Assembly (NCBI RefSeq): GCF_048403405.1
Contig: NZ_CP183129.1
DNA from: Escherichia coli
Lineage (GTDB): Bacteria; Pseudomonadota; Gammaproteobacteria; Enterobacterales; Enterobacteriaceae
Length of the DNA stretch: 64,000 bases
Direction: 5' to 3' (one strand)
Below are positions 14,015 through 25,367 of the stretch, one piece after another. Within the stretch, counting starts at the first letter, position 1. Every line of letters starts with the position of its first letter. The notes under the pieces were generated by a model. The model saw nothing but the letters and a program-made list of their open reading frames with translations, did no database searches and had not been told where the DNA came from. The position numbers and the translations under genes are program-made.

Positions 14015-17000
14015 ATGATGGAAATTCTGCGTGGTTCGCCTGCATTGTCGGCATTCCGAATCAACAAACTGCTGGCACGTTTTCAGGCTGCCAGGCTCCC
14101 GGTTCACACTATTTACGCCGAGTATGTCCATTTTGCTGACCTCAATGCGCCGTTAAACGATGATGAGCACGCACAACTTGAACGCCTGCTGAAATATGGC
14201 CCGGCACTCGCCAGCCACGCCCCGCAAGGCAAACTCCTGCTGGTGACCCCGCGTCCTGGCACCATCTCTCCCTGGTCTTCGAAAGCGACCGATATTGCCC
14301 ATAACTGCGGGCTGCAACAGGTAAACCGTCTTGAGCGCGGCGTGGCTTACTATATAGAAGCCGGTACGCTGACCAATGAACAATGGCAGCAGGTTACCGC
14401 TGAACTGCACGACCGCATGATGGAAACGGTCTTTTTTGCTTTAGATGATGCAGAGCAGCTGTTTGCACACCATCAACCGACTCCGGTCACCAGCGTTGAT
14501 TTGCTGGGGTTGGGCCGTCAGGCGCTAATCGACGCTAACCTGCGTCTTGGCCTGGCACTGGCGGAAGATGAAATTGACTATTTGCAGGATGCTTTCACAA
14601 AGCTTGGTCGTAACCCGAACGACATCGAACTGTATATGTTTGCCCAGGCGAACTCCGAGCACTGCCGCCACAAAATTTTTAACGCCGACTGGGTTATCGA
14701 TGGTGAACAGCAGCCGAAATCGCTGTTTAAGATGATCAAAAACACCTTCGAAACTACGCCGGATCACGTTCTCTCTGCTTATAAAGATAACGCCGCCGTC
14801 ATGGAAGGGTCTGAAGTGGGCCGCTACTTTGCTGACCACGAAACGGGCCGCTACGATTTCCATCAGGAACCGGCGCATATTCTGATGAAAGTTGAAACCC
14901 ACAACCACCCGACGGCGATTTCTCCGTGGCCGGGCGCGGCGACCGGTTCCGGCGGTGAAATCCGCGATGAAGGTGCCACCGGACGCGGCGCGAAGCCGAA
15001 AGCTGGTTTGGTTGGTTTCTCCGTTTCCAACCTGCGAATTCCTGGCTTCGAACAGCCGTGGGAAGAAGATTTCGGTAAGCCTGAGCGCATTGTCACCGCG
15101 CTGGACATCATGACCGAAGGCCCGCTGGGTGGCGCGGCATTTAACAACGAATTTGGTCGTCCGGCACTGAACGGCTACTTCCGTACTTATGAAGAAAAAG
15201 TGAACAGCCACAATGGCGAAGAGCTGCGCGGTTATCACAAACCGATCATGCTGGCGGGCGGGATCGGCAACATTCGTGCCGATCACGTACAAAAAGGCGA
15301 GATCAACGTTGGTGCGAAGCTGGTCGTTCTCGGCGGCCCGGCAATGAACATCGGTCTTGGCGGCGGCGCGGCGTCTTCCATGGCGTCTGGTCAGTCTGAT
15401 GCCGACCTCGACTTCGCTTCCGTACAGCGCGACAACCCGGAGATGGAGCGTCGCTGCCAGGAAGTGATCGACCGTTGCTGGCAGCTTGGTGATGCCAACC
15501 CAATCCTGTTTATCCACGACGTTGGCGCAGGCGGTCTTTCTAACGCCATGCCGGAACTGGTGAGCGACGGCGGGCGCGGCGGTAAATTCGAACTGCGCGA
15601 TATCCTGAGCGACGAACCGGGCATGAGCCCGCTGGAAATCTGGTGTAACGAATCCCAGGAACGCTACGTGCTGGCGGTTGCTGCCGATCAGTTACCGCTG
15701 TTTGACGAACTGTGTAAGCGTGAGCGCGCGCCATACGCGGTGATTGGTGAAGCGACCGAAGAACTGCATCTTTCTTTGCACGATCGTCATTTTGATAATC
15801 AGCCGATCGATCTGCCGCTGGACGTCCTGCTTGGTAAAACGCCGAAGATGACCCGCGAAGTACAAACGCTGAAAGCGAAGGGTGATGCGCTGGTTCGTGA
15901 AGGGATTACCATTGCTGACGCGGTGAAACGCGTGCTGCACCTGCCGACCGTGGCGGAGAAAACTTTCCTGGTGACCATTGGTGACCGCAGCGTAACCGGC
16001 ATGGTAGCGCGCGATCAGATGGTGGGTCCGTGGCAGGTGCCGGTCGCTAACTGCGCGGTCACTACCGCCAGCCTCGATAGCTACTACGGCGAAGCGATGG
16101 CGATTGGCGAGCGTGCGCCGGTTGCGCTGCTGGATTTCGCCGCCTCTGCCCGTCTGGCGGTCGGTGAAGCGTTAACCAATATTGCCGCAACACAGATTGG
16201 CGATATCAAACGCATTAAACTTTCCGCCAACTGGATGGCGGCGGCAGGCCACCCTGGTGAAGATGCGGGCCTGTATGAAGCCGTTAAAGCTGTGGGCGAA
16301 GAACTTTGTCCGGCGCTGGGCCTGACGATCCCGGTGGGTAAAGACTCTATGTCGATGAAAACCCGCTGGCAGGAAGGTAACGAAGAGCGCGAAATGACGT
16401 CGCCGCTGTCGCTGGTGATTTCTGCATTTGCCCGCGTGGAAGATGTGCGTCACACCATCACGCCGCAGCTTTCTACCGAAGATAACGCATTACTGCTGAT
16501 TGAACTGGGCAAAGGCAATAACGCGCTGGGCGCAACGGCGCTGGCGCAGGTTTATCGTCAGCTTGGCGACAAACCGGCAGATGTACGCGATGTCGCGCAA
16601 CTGAAAGGTTTCTATGACGCGGTTCAGGCGCTGGTAGCACAGTGTAAGCTGCTCGCGTACCACGACCGCTCTGATGGCGGCCTGCTGGTAACGCTGGCGG
16701 AAATGGCCTTTGCTGGTCATTGCGGCATTGACGCGGATATCGCCACTCTGGGTGACGATCGCCTGGCGGCGTTGTTTAACGAAGAACTGGGTGCGGTGAT
16801 TCAGGTTCGTGCCGCTGACCGTGAAGCAGTTGAAGCGGTACTGGCACAGCATGGGCTTGCGGATTGCGTCCATTATGTTGGGCAGGCGGTTTCCGGTGAC
16901 CGTTTTGTGATTACCGCCAACGGGCAGACTGTATTCAGCGAAAGCCGCACCACGTTGCGTGTCTGGTGGGCAGAAACTACCTGGCAGATGCAGCGCCTGC

Positions 17001-17902
17001 GTGACAACCCGGAGTGTGCCGACCAGGAGCACCAGGCGAAATCAAACGACGCCGATCCGGGCCTGAATGTAAAACTGTCGTTCGATATCAACGAAGATGT
17101 GGCAGCACCGTATATTGCCACTGGCGCACGTCCGAAAGTTGCTGTGCTGCGTGAGCAGGGCGTGAACTCGCATGTTGAAATGGCGGCAGCTTTCCACCGT
17201 GCAGGCTTCGATGCTATCGACGTGCATATGAGCGACCTGCTGGCTGGACGCACGGGCCTGGAGGATTTCCACGCCCTGGTCGCGTGCGGTGGTTTCTCCT
17301 ACGGTGATGTGCTGGGTGCCGGTGAAGGTTGGGCGAAGTCTATCCTGTTCAATGACCGTGTACGCGATGAGTTTGCAACCTTCTTCCATCGTCCGCAAAC
17401 GCTGGCGCTGGGGGTATGTAACGGTTGCCAGATGATGTCTAACCTGCGCGAACTGATCCCAGGTAGTGAGTTGTGGCCACGTTTTGTGCGTAACACCTCC
17501 GATCGCTTTGAAGCGCGTTTCAGCCTGGTTGAAGTGACCCAAAGCCCGTCACTGCTATTGCAGGGGATGGTGGGCTCGCAAATGCCGATTGCTGTGTCTC
17601 ACGGTGAAGGGCGTGTGGAAGTGCGTGATGCGGCGCATCTGGCGGCACTGGAAAGCAAAGGGCTGGTGGCACTGCGCTATGTCGATAACTTCGGCAAAGT
17701 CACTGAAACCTACCCGGCTAACCCGAACGGTTCTCCGAACGGTATTACGGCGGTCACGACTGAAAGTGGTCGAGTCACCATTATGATGCCGCACCCGGAA
17801 CGTGTTTTCCGTACTGTCAGCAACTCCTGGCATCCGGAAAACTGGGGCGAGGATGGGCCGTGGATGCGTATTTTCCGCAATGCACGTAAGCAGTTGGGGT
17901 AA
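14015..17902 (+). CDS. purL: phosphoribosylformylglycinamidine synthase (1295 aa)
   Basis: Large single ORF; C-terminal glutamine amidotransferase domain with catalytic Cys in GVCNGCQMM. Confidence 0.95.
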   Translation: MMEILRGSPALSAFRINKLLARFQAARLPVHTIYAEYVHFADLNAPLNDDEHAQLERLLKYGPALASHAPQGKLLLVTPRPGTISPWSSKATDIAHNCGLQQVNRLERGVAYYIEAGTLTNEQWQQVTAELHDRMMETVFFALDDAEQLFAHHQPTPVTSVDLLGLGRQALIDANLRLGLALAEDEIDYLQDAFTKLGRNPNDIELYMFAQANSEHCRHKIFNADWVIDGEQQPKSLFKMIKNTFETTPDHVLSAYKDNAAVMEGSEVGRYFADHETGRYDFHQEPAHILMKVETHNHPTAISPWPGAATGSGGEIRDEGATGRGAKPKAGLVGFSVSNLRIPGFEQPWEEDFGKPERIVTALDIMTEGPLGGAAFNNEFGRPALNGYFRTYEEKVNSHNGEELRGYHKPIMLAGGIGNIRADHVQKGEINVGAKLVVLGGPAMNIGLGGGAASSMASGQSDADLDFASVQRDNPEMERRCQEVIDRCWQLGDANPILFIHDVGAGGLSNAMPELVSDGGRGGKFELRDILSDEPGMSPLEIWCNESQERYVLAVAADQLPLFDELCKRERAPYAVIGEATEELHLSLHDRHFDNQPIDLPLDVLLGKTPKMTREVQTLKAKGDALVREGITIADAVKRVLHLPTVAEKTFLVTIGDRSVTGMVARDQMVGPWQVPVANCAVTTASLDSYYGEAMAIGERAPVALLDFAASARLAVGEALTNIAATQIGDIKRIKLSANWMAAAGHPGEDAGLYEAVKAVGEELCPALGLTIPVGKDSMSMKTRWQEGNEEREMTSPLSLVISAFARVEDVRHTITPQLSTEDNALLLIELGKGNNALGATALAQVYRQLGDKPADVRDVAQLKGFYDAVQALVAQCKLLAYHDRSDGGLLVTLAEMAFAGHCGIDADIATLGDDRLAALFNEELGAVIQVRAADREAVEAVLAQHGLADCVHYVGQAVSGDRFVITANGQTVFSESRTTLRVWWAETTWQMQRLRDNPECADQEHQAKSNDADPGLNVKLSFDINEDVAAPYIATGARPKVAVLREQGVNSHVEMAAAFHRAGFDAIDVHMSDLLAGRTGLEDFHALVACGGFSYGDVLGAGEGWAKSILFNDRVRDEFATFFHRPQTLALGVCNGCQMMSNLRELIPGSELWPRFVRNTSDRFEARFSLVEVTQSPSLLLQGMVGSQMPIAVSHGEGRVEVRDAAHLAALESKGLVALRYVDNFGKVTETYPANPNGSPNGITAVTTESGRVTIMMPHPERVFRTVSNSWHPENWGEDGPWMRIFRNARKQLG

Positions 17903-17960
17903 GCCGTCAACCCATTGGTTTTGCAGCCGGATGAGGCATTAAGCACCAACTACTATTATA

Positions 17961-17985
17961 AGCTCCCAACTTCGGGAGCTTTTTT
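17961..17985 (+). terminator. purL intrinsic terminator
   Basis: agctccc-aacttc-gggagct hairpin followed by TTTTT. Confidence 0.6.
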
Positions 17986-17986
17986 G

Positions 17987-18100
17987 TGTCTGTAAATCAC
18001 GACAATGGGTGGTTTGCCGTGTCGCTTTCTGGCGACATTTAACTCATTGATTTTAATATTATCTAATAAGTTTATCTTAAGTTGTCTCTTTTTAGCGACA
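17987..18100 (+). promoter_or_regulatory. three GlrR-type activator sites (TGTC-N10-GACA) upstream of glmY
   Basis: TGTCtgtaaatcacGACA (17987-18004), TGTCgctttctggcGACA (18020-18037) and TGTCtctttttagcGACA (18083-18100). Confidence 0.6.
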
Positions 18101-18189
18101 CAGTGGCTGATTTACATTCAAATAGCGAAGAAGCCATAAATCCCTCAAAGCAGCATATAATCAGTACGTTACCAAACTATTTTCTTTAT

Positions 18190-18209
18190 TGGCACAGTTA
18201 CTGCATAAT
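18190..18209 (+). promoter_or_regulatory. glmY promoter with overlapping sigma-54 (-24/-12) and sigma-70 (-10) elements
   Basis: TGGCAC-agtta-CTGCA (18190-18205) matches the sigma-54 consensus TGGCAC-N5-TTGCA; CATAAT at 18204-18209; +1 predicted near 18217. Confidence 0.6.
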
Positions 18210-18216
18210 AGTAACC

Positions 18217-18400
18217 AGTGGCTCATTCACCGACTTATGTCAGCCCCTTCGGGACGTGCTACATAAAATACGAATGACGCACAACAAGGTGCCTGCCGTC
18301 CAACTTCTGATATCAGCGTAGCTATATCAACCATCGGGCGAAACGTCGAGTTAGGCACCGCCTTATTCCATAACAAAGCCGGGTAATTCCCGGCTTTGTT
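18217..18400 (+). ncRNA. glmY: GlmY small RNA (184 nt)
   Basis: Begins AGTGGCTCATTCACCGACTTATGTCAGCCCC; ends with hairpin aaagccggg-taatt-cccggcttt (18375-18397) plus a U-tract; lies between purL and glrK. Confidence 0.85.
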
Positions 18401-18458
18401 GTATCTGAACTTCCCCTCGGTTAGCATCAGGCTATTCGCGTCTGACGAGAGTAACACC

Positions 18459-19886
18459 TTGAAACGCTGGCCCGTTTTTCCCCGCTCATTACGACAACTG
18501 GTAATGCTGGCATTTTTGCTGATTCTGCTGCCCCTGTTGGTGCTGGCATGGCAAGCCTGGCAAAGCCTGAATGCACTTAGCGATCAGGCAGCGCTGGTTA
18601 ACCGCACTACGCTTATTGATGCCCGGCGCAGTGAAGCGATGACCAACGCGGCACTGGAGATGGAGCGCAGCTACCGTCAGTACTGCGTGCTGGACGACCC
18701 TACGCTTGCGAAGGTTTATCAAAGCCAGCGCAAGCGTTACAGCGAAATGCTTGATGCCCACGCAGGCGTGCTGCCGGACGATAAACTCTACCAGGCATTA
18801 CGTCAGGATTTGAACAATCTGGCTCAACTTCAGTGTAACAACAGTGGTCCTGATGCCGCCGCCGCCGCGCGTCTTGAAGCCTTTGCCAGTGCCAATACCG
18901 AAATGGTGCAGGCCACGCGCACAGTAGTGTTCTCTCGTGGGCAGCAACTTCAGCGTGAAATCGCCGAACGTGGGCAATATTTTGGTTGGCAATCGCTGGT
19001 GCTATTTCTGGTGAGTCTGGTGATGGTGCTACTTTTCACGAGGATGATTATCGGTCCGGTGAAAAATATCGAGCGCATGATCAACCGGCTGGGGGAAGGG
19101 CGTTCTCTGGGCAATAGTGTCTCGTTCAGTGGACCGAGCGAGTTACGCTCGGTTGGGCAACGTATTCTTTGGTTAAGTGAGCGCCTGTCATGGCTGGAAT
19201 CCCAACGCCATCAATTTTTAAGACATTTATCTCATGAATTAAAAACGCCACTGGCGAGTATGCGCGAGGGCACTGAATTACTGGCTGACCAGGTTGTCGG
19301 GCCGCTTACGCCAGAGCAAAAAGAGGTGGTGAGCATTCTTGATAGCAGCAGCCGCAATTTGCAAAAGTTGATCGAACAACTGCTTGATTACAACCGTAAA
19401 CAGGCGGACGGTGCGGTGGAACTGGAGAATGTTGAGTTAGCGCCACTGGTGGAAATGGTGGTTTCTGCTCATAGCCTGCCCGCGCGGGCTAAAATGATGC
19501 ATACCGATGTCGATCTCAAAGCAACAGCTTGCCTGGCGGAGCCAATGCTGCTGATGAGCGTACTGGATAATCTTTACTCCAATGCGGTGCACTACGGGGC
19601 TGAATCCGGTAACATTTGCCTTCGCAGCAGTTTACATGGCGCGCGGGTTTATATTGATGTCATCAATACAGGAACACCCATTCCGCAAGAGGAACGCGCC
19701 ATGATCTTCGAACCCTTTTTTCAGGGAAGCCACCAGCGAAAAGGGGCGGTGAAGGGCAGCGGTCTGGGATTAAGCATTGCCAGGGATTGTATTCGCCGTA
19801 TGCAAGGGGAACTGTATCTGGTCGACGAGAGCGGGCAAGACGTTTGCTTCCGCATTGAATTGCCGTCGTCGAAAAACACGAAATAA
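18459..19886 (+). CDS. glrK: sensor histidine kinase GlrK (475 aa, TTG start)
   Basis: ORF 18396..19886; the in-frame TTG at 18459 gives (M)KRWPVFPRSLRQ...; two transmembrane segments; H-box LSHELKTPL; HATPase domain. Confidence 0.85.
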   Translation: MKRWPVFPRSLRQLVMLAFLLILLPLLVLAWQAWQSLNALSDQAALVNRTTLIDARRSEAMTNAALEMERSYRQYCVLDDPTLAKVYQSQRKRYSEMLDAHAGVLPDDKLYQALRQDLNNLAQLQCNNSGPDAAAAARLEAFASANTEMVQATRTVVFSRGQQLQREIAERGQYFGWQSLVLFLVSLVMVLLFTRMIIGPVKNIERMINRLGEGRSLGNSVSFSGPSELRSVGQRILWLSERLSWLESQRHQFLRHLSHELKTPLASMREGTELLADQVVGPLTPEQKEVVSILDSSSRNLQKLIEQLLDYNRKQADGAVELENVELAPLVEMVVSAHSLPARAKMMHTDVDLKATACLAEPMLLMSVLDNLYSNAVHYGAESGNICLRSSLHGARVYIDVINTGTPIPQEERAMIFEPFFQGSHQRKGAVKGSGLGLSIARDCIRRMQGELYLVDESGQDVCFRIELPSSKNTK

Positions 19887-20050
19887 TGCTAACAGCCTAT
19901 CCCATCAGGCTATTTTATTTGCCAGTTTGGCCCTGGGCAGTGCTCGAAATCCTCACGTACGACATGTACGCTCCGGTTTCTCCGCGCTGTCCATGTCCAG
20001 ACTGTCTGTAACAATTACGCCCACTGGGAAAGGCGCTAAGTCTGGTGAAT

Positions 20051-20764
20051 ATGCGACACATTTTTCAACGATTATTGCCCCGACGGCTGTGGCTGGCAGG
20101 GCTGCCATGTCTGGCATTGCTGGGTTGTGTGCAGAGTCACAATAAACCAGCCATTGATACGCCAGCAGAAGAAAAAATTCCGGTTTATCAACTGGCTGAC
20201 TATCTTTCTACTGAATGTAGCGACATCTGGGCGCTGCAAGGTAAATCAACCGAAACCAATCCGCTTTACTGGCTGCGGGCGATGGATTGTGCTGATCGTT
20301 TAATGCCTGCGCAGTCGCGTCAGCAAGCTCGCCAATATGACGACGGCAGCTGGCAAAAGACCTTTAAACAAGGGATTTTGCTCGCCGACGCCAAAATTAC
20401 GCCGTATGAGCGCCGCCAGCTGGTCGCGCGCATTGATGCGCTAAGTACCGAGATCCCGGCACAGGTTCGCCCTCTGTATCAACTCTGGCGCGACGGTCAG
20501 GCGCTGCAACTGCAACTGGCGGAAGAGCGCCAACGCTACGGCAAACTCCAGCAATCCAGCGACAGCGAGCTGGATACATTGCGCCAGCAACATCACGTTC
20601 TACAGCAGCAACTGGAACTCACCACCCGCAAGCTGGAAAACCTGACCGATATTGAACGCCAGCTCTCGACCCGCAAACCGGCTGGAAATTTCTCGCCGGA
20701 TACGCCGCACGAGGGTGAAAAGCCCGCGCCATCCATCCATGAGGTCACTCCTGATGAGCCATAA
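20051..20764 (+). CDS. qseG: outer-membrane lipoprotein QseG (237 aa)
   Basis: Signal peptide with lipobox LALLGC; coiled-coil rich C-terminus; sits between the kinase and regulator genes. Confidence 0.8.
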   Translation: MRHIFQRLLPRRLWLAGLPCLALLGCVQSHNKPAIDTPAEEKIPVYQLADYLSTECSDIWALQGKSTETNPLYWLRAMDCADRLMPAQSRQQARQYDDGSWQKTFKQGILLADAKITPYERRQLVARIDALSTEIPAQVRPLYQLWRDGQALQLQLAEERQRYGKLQQSSDSELDTLRQQHHVLQQQLELTTRKLENLTDIERQLSTRKPAGNFSPDTPHEGEKPAPSIHEVTPDEP

Positions 20765-22088
20765 ACCTGCGCATTTATTATTGGTCGATGACGATCCGGG
20801 ATTGCTGAAACTGCTTGGCCTGCGCCTGATCAGCGAAGGCTACAGTGTGGTCACGGCGGAAAGTGGCGCTGAAGGATTACGGGTACTGAATCGCGAAAAA
20901 GTAGATTTAGTTATCAGCGACCTGCGGATGGATGAAATGGACGGTATGCAGCTGTTTGCTGAAATTCAGAAAGTGCAGCCTGGAATGCCAGTAATTATTC
21001 TTACCGCGCATGGTTCTATTCCCGATGCCGTTGCTGCAACACAGCAGGGAGTGTTCAGTTTCCTCACCAAGCCTGTCGATAAAGACGCGCTATATCAGGC
21101 AATTGACGATGCGCTGGAACAATCCGCGCCAGCCACCGATGAACGCTGGCGCGAGGCGATTGTCACCCGCAGCCCGCTGATGCTGCGTTTGCTGGAACAG
21201 GCGCGGCTGGTGGCGCAATCAGACGTCAGCGTTTTGATTAATGGCCAGAGCGGCACCGGGAAAGAGATTTTCGCCCAGGCTATCCACAACGCCAGCCCGC
21301 GTAACAGCAAGCCGTTTATTGCTATTAACTGTGGTGCATTGCCCGAGCAATTGCTGGAGTCGGAACTGTTTGGTCATGCGCGTGGCGCGTTTACTGGCGC
21401 TGTCAGCAATCGCGAAGGTTTATTCCAGGCGGCGGAAGGCGGTACGCTATTTCTCGATGAGATTGGCGATATGCCCGCACCGTTGCAGGTTAAACTGCTG
21501 CGCGTGTTGCAGGAGCGTAAAGTGCGCCCGCTGGGCAGTAACCGCGATATTGATATCGACGTGCGGATTATTTCTGCCACTCACCGCGACCTGCCAAAAG
21601 CGATGGCGCGCGGGGAATTCCGCGAAGATCTCTATTACCGCCTCAACGTTGTCAGCCTGAAAATTCCGGCACTGGCGGAGCGTACAGAAGACATTCCGCT
21701 ACTGGCAAATCACCTGTTGCGCCAGGCGGCAGAGCGACATAAACCGTTTGTCCGCGCGTTCTCCACCGATGCGATGAAACGCCTGATGACCGCGAGCTGG
21801 CCGGGTAATGTGCGCCAGTTGGTCAACGTGATTGAACAGTGCGTGGCGCTGACCTCATCTCCGGTGATTAGCGATGCATTAGTAGAGCAGGCGCTGGAGG
21901 GCGAAAACACGGCGCTGCCAACCTTTGTTGAAGCACGTAATCAGTTTGAACTCAACTATTTGCGTAAGCTGCTGCAAATCACCAAAGGCAACGTCACCCA
22001 CGCGGCGAGAATGGCGGGGCGCAACCGGACAGAATTTTATAAACTGCTTTCCCGACACGAGCTGGATGCAAACGATTTCAAGGAATGA
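20754..22088 (+). CDS. glrR: sigma-54-dependent response regulator GlrR (444 aa)
   Basis: Receiver LLVDDD; AAA+ Walker A GQSGTGKE; sigma-54 contact motif GAFTGA; C-terminal HTH; 11-nt overlap with qseG. Confidence 0.9.
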   Translation: MSHKPAHLLLVDDDPGLLKLLGLRLISEGYSVVTAESGAEGLRVLNREKVDLVISDLRMDEMDGMQLFAEIQKVQPGMPVIILTAHGSIPDAVAATQQGVFSFLTKPVDKDALYQAIDDALEQSAPATDERWREAIVTRSPLMLRLLEQARLVAQSDVSVLINGQSGTGKEIFAQAIHNASPRNSKPFIAINCGALPEQLLESELFGHARGAFTGAVSNREGLFQAAEGGTLFLDEIGDMPAPLQVKLLRVLQERKVRPLGSNRDIDIDVRIISATHRDLPKAMARGEFREDLYYRLNVVSLKIPALAERTEDIPLLANHLLRQAAERHKPFVRAFSTDAMKRLMTASWPGNVRQLVNVIEQCVALTSSPVISDALVEQALEGENTALPTFVEARNQFELNYLRKLLQITKGNVTHAARMAGRNRTEFYKLLSRHELDANDFKE

Positions 22089-22112
22089 ATTGGCGTTATG
22101 TGTTACGTTTAG

Positions 22113-22487
<375 letters not shown>

Positions 22488-22500
22488 ACCGCGTCAAGGA

Positions 22501-22524
22501 TTGCCGGATGTTTCCATCCGGCAA
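22501..22524. terminator. bidirectional hairpin between convergent glnB and hmp
   Basis: ttgccggatg-tttc-catccggcaa perfect 10-bp stem. Confidence 0.5.
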
Positions 22525-22531
22525 CATCAAA

Positions 22532-23722
22532 TCACAGCACCTTATGCGGACCAAAGCATTCGTAATGAATGTTTTCCTGCTTCACGCCCAGATCCACTAA
22601 CTGTTTCGCGGCAAACTGCATGAAGCCAACCGGGCCGCAGAGATAGAACTGCATTGTCGGATCGCTGAACGCACCTTCCAGTTTGCTCAAATCCATCAGA
22701 CCTTCGCTATCAAACTGACCTTTAGAGCGATCGGCTTCGCTCGGCTGACGATACCAGGTGTGCGCGGTAAAGCGCGGCAGTGACAGCCCCAGTTCCTTAA
22801 CTTCATCAGCAAAGGCGTGAACATCGCCATTTTCTGCCGCATGGAACCAGTTCACTTGTGCTGTGTGGCCTGCTTTTGCCAGTGTGTCGAGCATTGCCAG
22901 CATTGGCGTTTGGCCGACACCAGCAGAGATTAACGTCACCGGCGTGTCATCTGCGACAGCCATAAAGAAATCACCTGCCGGAGCGACCAGTTTCACGACA
23001 TCGCCAACATTGGCGTGATTGTGCAGCCAGTTGGATACCTGCCCACCCTCTTCGCGTTTCACCGCAATACGATAGCCTTTGCCATCCGGTTTGCGAGTCA
23101 AAGAGTACTGACGAATTTCCTGATGCGGGAAACCTTCCGGCTTCAGCCAGACGCCGAGATATTGCCCTGGACGGTATTCTGCCACTGCGCCACCGTCGAC
23201 CGGCTCCAGTTCGAAGCTGGTGATAAGCGCGCTGCGCGGTGTTTTAGCCACAATGCGGAAATCGCGAGTACCTTCCCAGCCACCGGCTTTGCTGGCGTTT
23301 TCGTTATAGATTTCCGCCTCGCGATTGATAAATACATTAGCCAGTACGCCATAGGCTTTACCCCATGCGTCCAGCACTTCCTGGCCCGGGCTGAACATTT
23401 CGTCCAGCGTCGCCAACAGGTGTTCACCGACAATGTTGTACTGTTCCGGTTTGATCTGGAAACTGGTGTGCTTCTGCGCGATTTTTTCTACCGCTGGCAG
23501 CAGCGCAGGCAGGTTTTCAATATTACTGGCGTAGGCGGCAATGGCGTTAAACAGGGCTTCACGTTGATCGCCATTACGCTGGTTACTCATGTTAAAAATT
23601 TCTTTGAGTTCTGGGTTATGAGTAAACATACGGTCGTAGAAATGGGCGGTTAACTTTGGCCCTGTTTCCACCAGTAAAGGGATGGTGGCTTTTACTGTAG
23701 CGATGGTTTGAGCGTCAAGCAT
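22532..23722 (-). CDS. hmp: flavohemoglobin / nitric oxide dioxygenase (396 aa)
   Basis: N-terminal globin domain followed by FAD- and NAD-binding reductase domains. Confidence 0.95.
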   Translation of the reverse strand: MLDAQTIATVKATIPLLVETGPKLTAHFYDRMFTHNPELKEIFNMSNQRNGDQREALFNAIAAYASNIENLPALLPAVEKIAQKHTSFQIKPEQYNIVGEHLLATLDEMFSPGQEVLDAWGKAYGVLANVFINREAEIYNENASKAGGWEGTRDFRIVAKTPRSALITSFELEPVDGGAVAEYRPGQYLGVWLKPEGFPHQEIRQYSLTRKPDGKGYRIAVKREEGGQVSNWLHNHANVGDVVKLVAPAGDFFMAVADDTPVTLISAGVGQTPMLAMLDTLAKAGHTAQVNWFHAAENGDVHAFADEVKELGLSLPRFTAHTWYRQPSEADRSKGQFDSEGLMDLSKLEGAFSDPTMQFYLCGPVGFMQFAAKQLVDLGVKQENIHYECFGPHKVL

Positions 23723-23749
23723 ATGGTCTTCCTTTTTTTTGCATCTTAA

Positions 23750-23772
23750 TTGATGTATCTCAAATACATCTT
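23750..23772. promoter_or_regulatory. NsrR-type operator overlapping the hmp promoter
   Basis: Near-palindrome ttgatgtatctcaaatacatctt (read on the hmp strand: AAGATGTATTTGAGATACATCAA), 28 bp upstream of the hmp start. Confidence 0.55.
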
Positions 23773-23916
23773 ATAAAAAATAGCCCTGCAATGTAAATGG
23801 TTCTTTGGTGTTTTTCAGAAAGAATGTGATGAAGTGAAAAATTTGCATCACAAACCTGAAAAGAAATCCGTTTCCGGTTGCAAGCTCTTTATTCTCCAAA
23901 GCCTTGCGCAGCCTGA

Positions 23917-23932
23917 AGGTAATCGTTTGCGT
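23917..23932 (+). promoter_or_regulatory. possible PurR half-operator upstream of glyA
   Basis: aggtaatCGTTTGCGT: the right half matches the pur box, the left half is weak. Confidence 0.3.
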
Positions 23933-24050
23933 AAATTCCTTTGTCAAGACCTGTTATCGCACAATGATTCGGTTATACTGTTCGCCGTTGTCCAACAGGA
24001 CCGCCTATAAAGGCCAAAAATTTTATTGTTAGCTGAGTCAGGAGATGCGG

Positions 24051-25304
24051 ATGTTAAAGCGTGAAATGAACATTGCCGATTATGATGCCGAACTGTGGCA
24101 GGCTATGGAGCAGGAAAAAGTACGTCAGGAAGAGCACATCGAACTGATCGCCTCCGAAAACTACACCAGCCCGCGCGTAATGCAGGCGCAGGGTTCTCAG
24201 CTGACCAACAAATATGCTGAAGGTTATCCGGGCAAACGCTACTACGGCGGTTGCGAGTATGTTGATATCGTTGAACAACTGGCGATCGATCGTGCGAAAG
24301 AACTGTTCGGCGCTGACTACGCTAACGTCCAGCCGCACTCCGGCTCCCAGGCTAACTTTGCGGTGTACACCGCGCTGCTGGAACCAGGCGATACCGTTCT
24401 GGGTATGAACCTGGCGCATGGCGGTCACCTGACTCACGGTTCTCCGGTTAACTTCTCCGGTAAACTGTATAACATCGTTCCTTACGGTATCGATGCTACC
24501 GGTCATATCGACTACGCCGATCTGGAAAAACAAGCCAAAGAACACAAACCGAAAATGATTATCGGTGGCTTCTCTGCATATTCCGGCGTGGTGGACTGGG
24601 CGAAAATGCGTGAAATCGCTGACAGCATCGGTGCTTACCTGTTCGTTGATATGGCGCACGTTGCGGGCCTGGTTGCTGCTGGCGTTTACCCGAACCCAGT
24701 TCCTCATGCTCACGTTGTTACTACCACCACTCACAAAACCCTGGCGGGTCCGCGCGGTGGCCTGATCCTGGCGAAAGGTGGTAGCGAAGAGCTGTACAAA
24801 AAACTGAACTCTGCCGTTTTCCCTGGTGGTCAGGGCGGTCCGTTGATGCACGTAATCGCCGGTAAAGCGGTTGCTCTGAAAGAAGCGATGGAGCCTGAGT
24901 TCAAAACTTACCAGCAGCAGGTCGCGAAAAACGCCAAAGCGATGGTAGAAGTGTTCCTGGAACGCGGCTACAAAGTGGTTTCTGGTGGTACTGATAACCA
25001 CCTGTTCCTGGTTGATCTGGTTGATAAAAACCTGACTGGTAAAGAAGCTGACGCCGCTCTGGGCCGTGCTAACATCACCGTTAACAAAAACAGCGTACCG
25101 AACGATCCGAAGAGCCCGTTTGTGACCTCCGGTATTCGCGTGGGTACTCCGGCGATTACCCGTCGTAGCTTTAAAGAAGCCGAAGCGAAAGAACTGGCTG
25201 GCTGGATGTGTGACGTGCTGGACAGCATCAATGATGAAGCGGTTATTGAGCGCATCAAAGGTAAAGTTCTCGACATCTGTGCACGTTACCCGGTTTACGC
25301 ATAA
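24051..25304 (+). CDS. glyA: serine hydroxymethyltransferase (417 aa)
   Basis: PLP-lysine motif [13 protein letters not shown]; start chosen at [12 protein letters not shown]. Confidence 0.95.
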   Translation: MLKREMNIADYDAELWQAMEQEKVRQEEHIELIASENYTSPRVMQAQGSQLTNKYAEGYPGKRYYGGCEYVDIVEQLAIDRAKELFGADYANVQPHSGSQANFAVYTALLEPGDTVLGMNLAHGGHLTHGSPVNFSGKLYNIVPYGIDATGHIDYADLEKQAKEHKPKMIIGGFSAYSGVVDWAKMREIADSIGAYLFVDMAHVAGLVAAGVYPNPVPHAHVVTTTTHKTLAGPRGGLILAKGGSEELYKKLNSAVFPGGQGGPLMHVIAGKAVALKEAMEPEFKTYQQQVAKNAKAMVEVFLERGYKVVSGGTDNHLFLVDLVDKNLTGKEADAALGRANITVNKNSVPNDPKSPFVTSGIRVGTPAITRRSFKEAEAKELAGWMCDVLDSINDEAVIERIKGKVLDICARYPVYA

Positions 25305-25328
25305 GCGAAACGGTTAATCTGTTGAAAA

Positions 25329-25350
25329 AAGGCTTCCTTCGGGAAGCCTT
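25329..25350. terminator. bidirectional hairpin between convergent glyA and yphH
   Basis: aaggcttcc-ttcg-ggaagcctt preceded by an A-run and followed by tct. Confidence 0.55.
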
Positions 25351-25367
25351 TCTACGTTATCGCGCCA

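Noticed and set aside
14525-15517. 330-aa minus-strand ORF inside purL, and similar long antisense or alternate-frame ORFs (24054..25001 in glyA, 32706..33536 in yphD, 46308..46967 across trmJ, 53449..54132 in pepB, 45281..45931 in suhB, 23015..23653 in hmp, 60841..61431 in yfhM)
   Set aside because: Each lies entirely within a well-supported gene on the other strand or frame, has no start context and has low-complexity Arg/Pro/Ser-rich composition typical of stop-free antisense frames in GC-rich coding DNA.
18396-18458. N-terminal extension of the glrK ORF (496-aa form)
   Set aside because: The extension would be translated through the glmY terminator hairpin; the TTG at 18459 gives the canonical MKRWPVF N-terminus.
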